Origin: an uncultured delta proteobacterium
GTDB taxonomy: Bacteria > Myxococcota_A > Polyangia > Haliangiales > Haliangiaceae
Direction of reading: 5' to 3'
Length of the DNA: 64,000 nucleotides
Assembly: GCA_963848295.1 (NCBI GenBank)
Contig: CAWKDB010000010.1
Span: forward strand, 2,048,001 to 2,112,000
Made by a program: the position numbers and the translations under genes. Below are positions 57,182 through 64,000 of this stretch, piece by piece (the stretch's first letter is position 1; every line of letters begins with the position of its first letter). The notes beneath the pieces were generated by a model. It ran no database searches. It was given only the letters and a program-made list of their open reading frames with translations, and had not been told where the DNA came from.

Positions 57182-57766
57182 CTATTGACGAACCTGCACG
57201 CCGCCGCCCACGCCGACGTAGCCGACGTCGCTATCGAACGAGGTCTTGAGCTCGACGTAGATGCCGACCCGATGCACGCCGAGCTTGACGATGTCGGCAC
57301 CGCCCGCGAGCTGCAGGCCGAACGACGCGTTGAAGCCGGAGTCGGTGGAGTCCATGTCGAGCGCCACGTCGTCGAGGTGGACGCCGAGGAAGATCTTCGC
57401 CCAGAACCGATCGTAGCCGGTCGCCGACGCATAGCCACCGAGGTCGATCGGCACGAGCGTCGCCTGATACGAGATGAACTCCGGGGTGTAGCTACCCGAC
57501 AACACGCCGGCATCGGCGTGAAACCCGACCGTCGTCGTGCTGTCGATGTGCACGCCGATCTCGCCGAACACCGTCGAGCCCCACGCCGTCGCGAGCGCGG
57601 TCGTGGCATGCGTGAGGTCGGCGCCGACCGCCCACGCGAGCTTGCCCGACATCGGATCCGGCGCGGTCGGCTCCGGTTCCGGCGGCGCCCCGGGCATGGC
57701 GCCGACCTCTGCGTGAGCGGTCGCGCAAGCTGCCAAGACCATCGCCGCCGCCCACCTTGCCTTCAT
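57182..57766 (-). CDS. Putative small outer-membrane beta-barrel protein
   Basis: Signal peptide AHA|E; alternating amphipathic strands. Confidence 0.6.
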   Translation of the reverse strand: MKARWAAAMVLAACATAHAEVGAMPGAPPEPEPTAPDPMSGKLAWAVGADLTHATTALATAWGSTVFGEIGVHIDSTTTVGFHADAGVLSGSYTPEFISYQATLVPIDLGGYASATGYDRFWAKIFLGVHLDDVALDMDSTDSGFNASFGLQLAGGADIVKLGVHRVGIYVELKTSFDSDVGYVGVGGGVQVRQ

Positions 57767-57791
57767 GAGATCCGAGCATATCAGCTCGGGG

Positions 57792-60325
<2,534 letters not shown>

Positions 60326-60326
<1 letters not shown>

Positions 60327-60949
60327 TACTTGCCGAGCACTTTGCGGATGCGCGCGGAGACCTCGTCGAGCGTGCCGACGCCATCGACCCGCTTCAGGAT
60401 GCCTTGGCTGGCGTAGAACGGCAGGATCGGCTCGGTCTCGCCGTGATACTTGACGAGCCGCTCGGTGCACGCCTCGGCGGTGTCGTCTTTGCGCTGCACG
60501 ACCTCGAGCCCCGCCGGTGGCGGGTTGTACTTCGTATGATAGATCGTGCCGGTCTTCGGATCGGATCGCCGGCCGGTGACGCGCTCGAGGATGAGGTCGT
60601 CGGCAACTTCGATCAGCACGATCGCGTCGAGCGACACGTTCGCGGCCTCGAGCGCGGCGTCGAGCGCTTCGGCTTGCGGCACCGTGCGCGGAAACCCGTC
60701 GAGCATGAACCCGCCGGCGCAATCTGGCTTCGCGATCCGCTCGAGGATCATCCCGATCACGACGTTGTCGGGTACGAGCTTGCCCGCCTTCATGTAGCGA
60801 TCGGCCTCTTGCCCCATCGCGGTGCCGTCCTTGACCGCCGCGCGCAACATGTCGCCGCTCGAGATATGTGGAATCCGAAACGTGTCGACGAGGCGGGCGG
60901 CCTGTGTGCCCTTCCCTGCTCCCGGTGGCCCGACGAGGATCATGCGCAT
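60326..60949 (-). CDS. adk: Adenylate kinase
   Basis: GPPGAGKGTQA, LDGFPRT, QRKDD. Confidence 0.97.
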
Positions 60950-60970
60950 CCGCGTCGTTTACCACACGTT

Positions 60971-62116
60971 TCAGGCCCGCTGGAGCAGCAACCGGAACGT
61001 CGTGCCGACGCCGACGACCGACTCGACCTCGATCGCACCGCCGTGGCGCCGCACGCTGCCGTGGAGCATTGCGAGACCGAGGCCATTGCCCTTGCCGAGC
61101 TTCGTCGTGAAGAACGGCTCGAACGCGCGGGCAAGCGTCGCTTCGTCCATGCCGCAGCCGGTGTCGGCGATCGCGATCTCGACGTAGTGGCCCGCGGCCG
61201 GGAGGTTGCGCGCCATCGCGGTCTGCGCGTCGCAGTGGACCGCGCGTGCCTCGACGATGACGGTGCCCCCGTCCGGCATCGCGTCGCGTGCGTTGACGAA
61301 CAGGTTGAGCAGCGCCTGGTGCAGCTCCTCGGGCGCGCCACGCACCGCGAGCTCGACCGGCACCTTCGTCGCGATGGCGAGCTTACCGCCCGCTTGCCGC
61401 CGCATGATCGCGACGATCTTCTCGACGAGATGCGACAGCGACACGATCTCGAACTGCAGGTCGTCGGTGCGACCGAGCCGCATCAACCGCTTCGCGACCG
61501 CGATCGCGGAGGTCGTCGCTTGTCGGATCGATTCGAGAGCCTCCTGGGCGTCACGCGCGTCGAGCGCGACAGCATCTTCGACGATCTGGAGCTCGCCCAA
61601 GATCACCGCGAGCGTGTTGTTGAAGTCGTGCGCGAGCCCGCCGGCGAGGGAGCCCATCGTCTCGAGGCGCTGCAGCCGGCGCATCCGCTCTTCGAGCTCG
61701 TCATGCTGCGCGAACAGCAAGATCGAGCCGCCGATCTGGATCCGATCACCGACGCGCAGCACCACGCGGTCGATGCGCGAGCCGTTGTGGAACGTGCCGT
61801 TCGCGCTGTCGAGGTCCTCGAGCACGAAGCTGTCACCGTCGTGGACCAACCGAGCATGGCGCCGAGACACGTCGGTCGCCGCGAGCACGATGTCGACCGC
61901 GCCGCGGCCGATCACGACCGGCGCGGTGCCGATCCGGAACGTCCGGCCGAGCTGCTCGCCGATCACGCACACGAGGCCCGCCGACGGCGCTGCAGGTGGA
62001 TCGACGATGACGAGCGGCACGACGCCGGTGACGTCGAACGCCGGCGGAAGTGGCCTTTCGGTCGGGGCTCGCACTTGGCCGTGGGGCGGTGCGGACTTGT
62101 AGACAGGCTCGGCCAT
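60971..62116 (-). CDS. FHA-domain sensor histidine kinase
   Basis: FHA GR..SRRHA..SANGT; AHDFNN, NARDAM, DTGCG, FFTTK, GLGL. Confidence 0.92.
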   Translation of the reverse strand: MAEPVYKSAPPHGQVRAPTERPLPPAFDVTGVVPLVIVDPPAAPSAGLVCVIGEQLGRTFRIGTAPVVIGRGAVDIVLAATDVSRRHARLVHDGDSFVLEDLDSANGTFHNGSRIDRVVLRVGDRIQIGGSILLFAQHDELEERMRRLQRLETMGSLAGGLAHDFNNTLAVILGELQIVEDAVALDARDAQEALESIRQATTSAIAVAKRLMRLGRTDDLQFEIVSLSHLVEKIVAIMRRQAGGKLAIATKVPVELAVRGAPEELHQALLNLFVNARDAMPDGGTVIVEARAVHCDAQTAMARNLPAAGHYVEIAIADTGCGMDEATLARAFEPFFTTKLGKGNGLGLAMLHGSVRRHGGAIEVESVVGVGTTFRLLLQRA

Positions 62117-62178
62117 GGCATCGACGGTAGGGCGCCGGCCGCGATCCGCGGAGTAGCCACGGGGTAACGGTCGGCTCG

Positions 62179-62628
62179 TCAGGCGTTAGCGACGCGCAGC
62201 ATCTCGACGTGCGGGATCCCGTCCTCCTCATAAATTTCAGAGACCGGCCGAAACCCGAGCTCGCCGTAGAACCGTTGCAGATGCGCTTGCGCGCTGATCC
62301 GGACCGCGACCGGACCGGCGAGCGCGAGGCCACGGCGCATCAGCTCGCGCCCGATGCCGGTGCCACGCGCTTGCACCGCGGTGATCACGCGGCCGATGCT
62401 GACCTCCGCGTACTTGTCGCCGGCGGGCAACACCCTGAGATATGCGACGAGCTCGCCGTCGCGCTCCGCCCACAAGTGGTGCGCGCGCGGGTCGCGGCCG
62501 TCGGCGTCCTGATACGCGCAGGCTTGCTCGACGACGAACACCCGCTCGCGCAGCACGATGATCGCGTAGAGCTCGGCCGTCGTCAGCTCGCCGAACGTGC
62601 GAGCGTGCCAGGTGAGTGCATCGGGCAC
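62179..62628 (-). CDS. elaA: ElaA-family GNAT acetyltransferase
   Basis: LRERVFVVEQAC.YQDAD, IGRV, SAQAHL, EDGIPH. Confidence 0.9.
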   Translation of the reverse strand: MPDALTWHARTFGELTTAELYAIIVLRERVFVVEQACAYQDADGRDPRAHHLWAERDGELVAYLRVLPAGDKYAEVSIGRVITAVQARGTGIGRELMRRGLALAGPVAVRISAQAHLQRFYGELGFRPVSEIYEEDGIPHVEMLRVANA

Positions 62629-62651
62629 GCCGGCAGACTACCATCGCGCCG

Positions 62652-63191
62652 GTGACGTCGGTCTGCGTGTTCTTGTCGTCTTCGCCGGGCCAGCCCGCGT
62701 TCGTCGAGACGATCACCGAGCTCGGCGCCGAGCTCGCGCGCCGCGGCCACGCGCTGGTCTACGGCGGCGCGCAACGCGGCCTGATGGGCACGCTTGCCGA
62801 TGTCGCGCTCGCGAACGGCGTACGGGTCATCGGCGTGATTCCGCGCGCGCTCGTCGATCAGGAGGTCGCGCACGGGGCGTTGACCGAGCTCCACGTCGTC
62901 GACACGATGCACGCGCGCAAGGCGATGATGTTCGCGCTCGCCGATGCGTTCGTCGTCGCTCCCGGCGGGTTCGGTACGCTCGAGGAGGCGTTCGAGATCC
63001 TGACCGCGATCCAGATCGGCTATCACACCAAGCCGATCGTGTTTCTCGACGTCGACGGGTTCTGGGACCAGCTGGGCGGGTTCCTCGACCACGCGGTGGT
63101 CGCCGGTGTGTTGCGACCGGAGGTCCGCGCACTTTTTCGCGTGACCGCTTCACCGAGCGCCGCGCTCGACGCGATCGGCACGGCCGCGTGA
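62652..63191 (+). CDS. LOG family nucleotide phosphoribohydrolase
   Basis: LVYGG..GLMG, MHARK, PGGFGTLEE. Confidence 0.92.
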   Translation: MTSVCVFLSSSPGQPAFVETITELGAELARRGHALVYGGAQRGLMGTLADVALANGVRVIGVIPRALVDQEVAHGALTELHVVDTMHARKAMMFALADAFVVAPGGFGTLEEAFEILTAIQIGYHTKPIVFLDVDGFWDQLGGFLDHAVVAGVLRPEVRALFRVTASPSAALDAIGTAA

Positions 63192-63205
63192 TACGCTTTT
63201 AGGGT

Positions 63206-64000
63206 ATGAATCCACGGCTTGGCGGTGCGCTGCTCGCGCTCGCAGCAGTGGCGCTGTTCGTCGTCTCGCTCGCGACGTCGGCGTGGTGGAACGGTCATCC
63301 GACCGTCGACGGCAAGGTCCGCGAGATCCAGGAGGTCCACGTCGGGCTGCACGGCGGCGAAGGCTGCAACAACCGGGGCTGCAGCTCGCTCGAGATCAGT
63401 ACGCCGGCGAAGATCCTCGGGTTCGGCGAGCTCGGCATCGTCGGGTTTGCCGCGATCATCGGCATCGCGCTCGGCCTGGCGAGCTACCGCGGCAGCGATC
63501 GCCGGCAGCCGGTCGGCAAGCTCGCGCTCGGCGTGATCGGGCTCGCGCTGCTGCTGTCGATCGCGCTCGTCGCGCTCGGGCCGGTGTCGGCGCGCAAGGT
63601 GTCTTTGCCGATCGGCTGGGGGCTGATCCTGTTCTGGGCCGGCAGCGGCGCGCTCGTCGTCGCGAGCGCGCTCGCGATGAGCACTCGCCAGCCGTTGCGG
63701 CTCAAACCATCGCGGCCGAAGCTCGCATCGCAACCCGCCGCGATCCCGCCGAGTGCGCCGTACGTCGCCCCGCTGCCGCCGATGTACCCGGCGACGTCGT
63801 TCCCGCCACCGGCGCCGATGTTCCCGCCGCCGCCCGCTCGTCCACCGCGCAGCTTTCCGCCGCCCGGACCGGTATTTCCCGCGCCGCCGCCGCCGACCGT
63901 CCCGCCGCCGTTCGGGGCGGCGATGCCGGCGCCGTTCATATCGCCGTACGAAGGGCCAGCGCCGCATAATCCGCTCGCGCCGATCCTGCCTCCGTTGCCG
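63206..64000 (+). CDS. Multi-TM hypothetical protein with Pro-rich tail (3'-partial)
   Basis: ATG at 63206 (MNPRLGGALLALAAV...); frame appears open to the window end. Confidence 0.7.
   Translation, partial: MNPRLGGALLALAAVALFVVSLATSAWWNGHPTVDGKVREIQEVHVGLHGGEGCNNRGCSSLEISTPAKILGFGELGIVGFAAIIGIALGLASYRGSDRRQPVGKLALGVIGLALLLSIALVALGPVSARKVSLPIGWGLILFWAGSGALVVASALAMSTRQPLRLKPSRPKLASQPAAIPPSAPYVAPLPPMYPATSFPPPAPMFPPPPARPPRSFPPPGPVFPAPPPPTVPPPFGAAMPAPFISPYEGPAPHNPLAPILPPLP

Noticed and set aside
62062..62104. Possible truncated copy of the 57-bp element in the FHA-kinase N-terminus (SAPPHGQVRAP)
   Set aside because: Both ends resemble the element, but a 12-bp deletion is needed and the stems are not preserved; not distinguishable from GC-rich chance

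Overview
A high-GC, gene-dense bacterial window with about 60 CDS. Gene content suggests Myxococcota (Kofleriaceae/Haliangiales-like), by inference: many Hanks-type kinases, an AgmX/GltG-like protein, an FHA-histidine kinase and a PEGA protein. Housekeeping genes include fadN/fadA-type beta-oxidation, hrpB, ctaA/ctaB/DUF420, ppx/gppA, an RluA-family gene, sbcCD, pdxH, sixA, moaB, leuS and adk. No rRNA, tRNA, CRISPR array or transposase was seen. Highlights: (1) a four-gene minus-strand operon at 47778-52257 (PP2C phosphatase, YegI-like kinase with Zn ribbon, nicotinamidase-like cysteine hydrolase, vWA/TerY-like protein), i.e. a TerY-P/YegIKL-type triad carrying an extra NAD-metabolism enzyme. 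It sits behind a near-consensus, probably leaderless sigma70 promoter with an NrtR-like operator in its spacer. (2) A ~57-63 bp double-hairpin palindromic element with compensatory base changes, found in-frame inside at least six unrelated genes in both orientations, including a 4x tandem in the kinase active-site region. (3) Two inverted ~90-bp intergenic elements, an orphan Afp15/Pvc15-like AAA ATPase module and an MlaF-MlaE-like fusion. Three apparent +1 frameshifts at 44.7-49.7 kb are probably sequencing errors. All alignments and counts were done by hand; no database searches were run.
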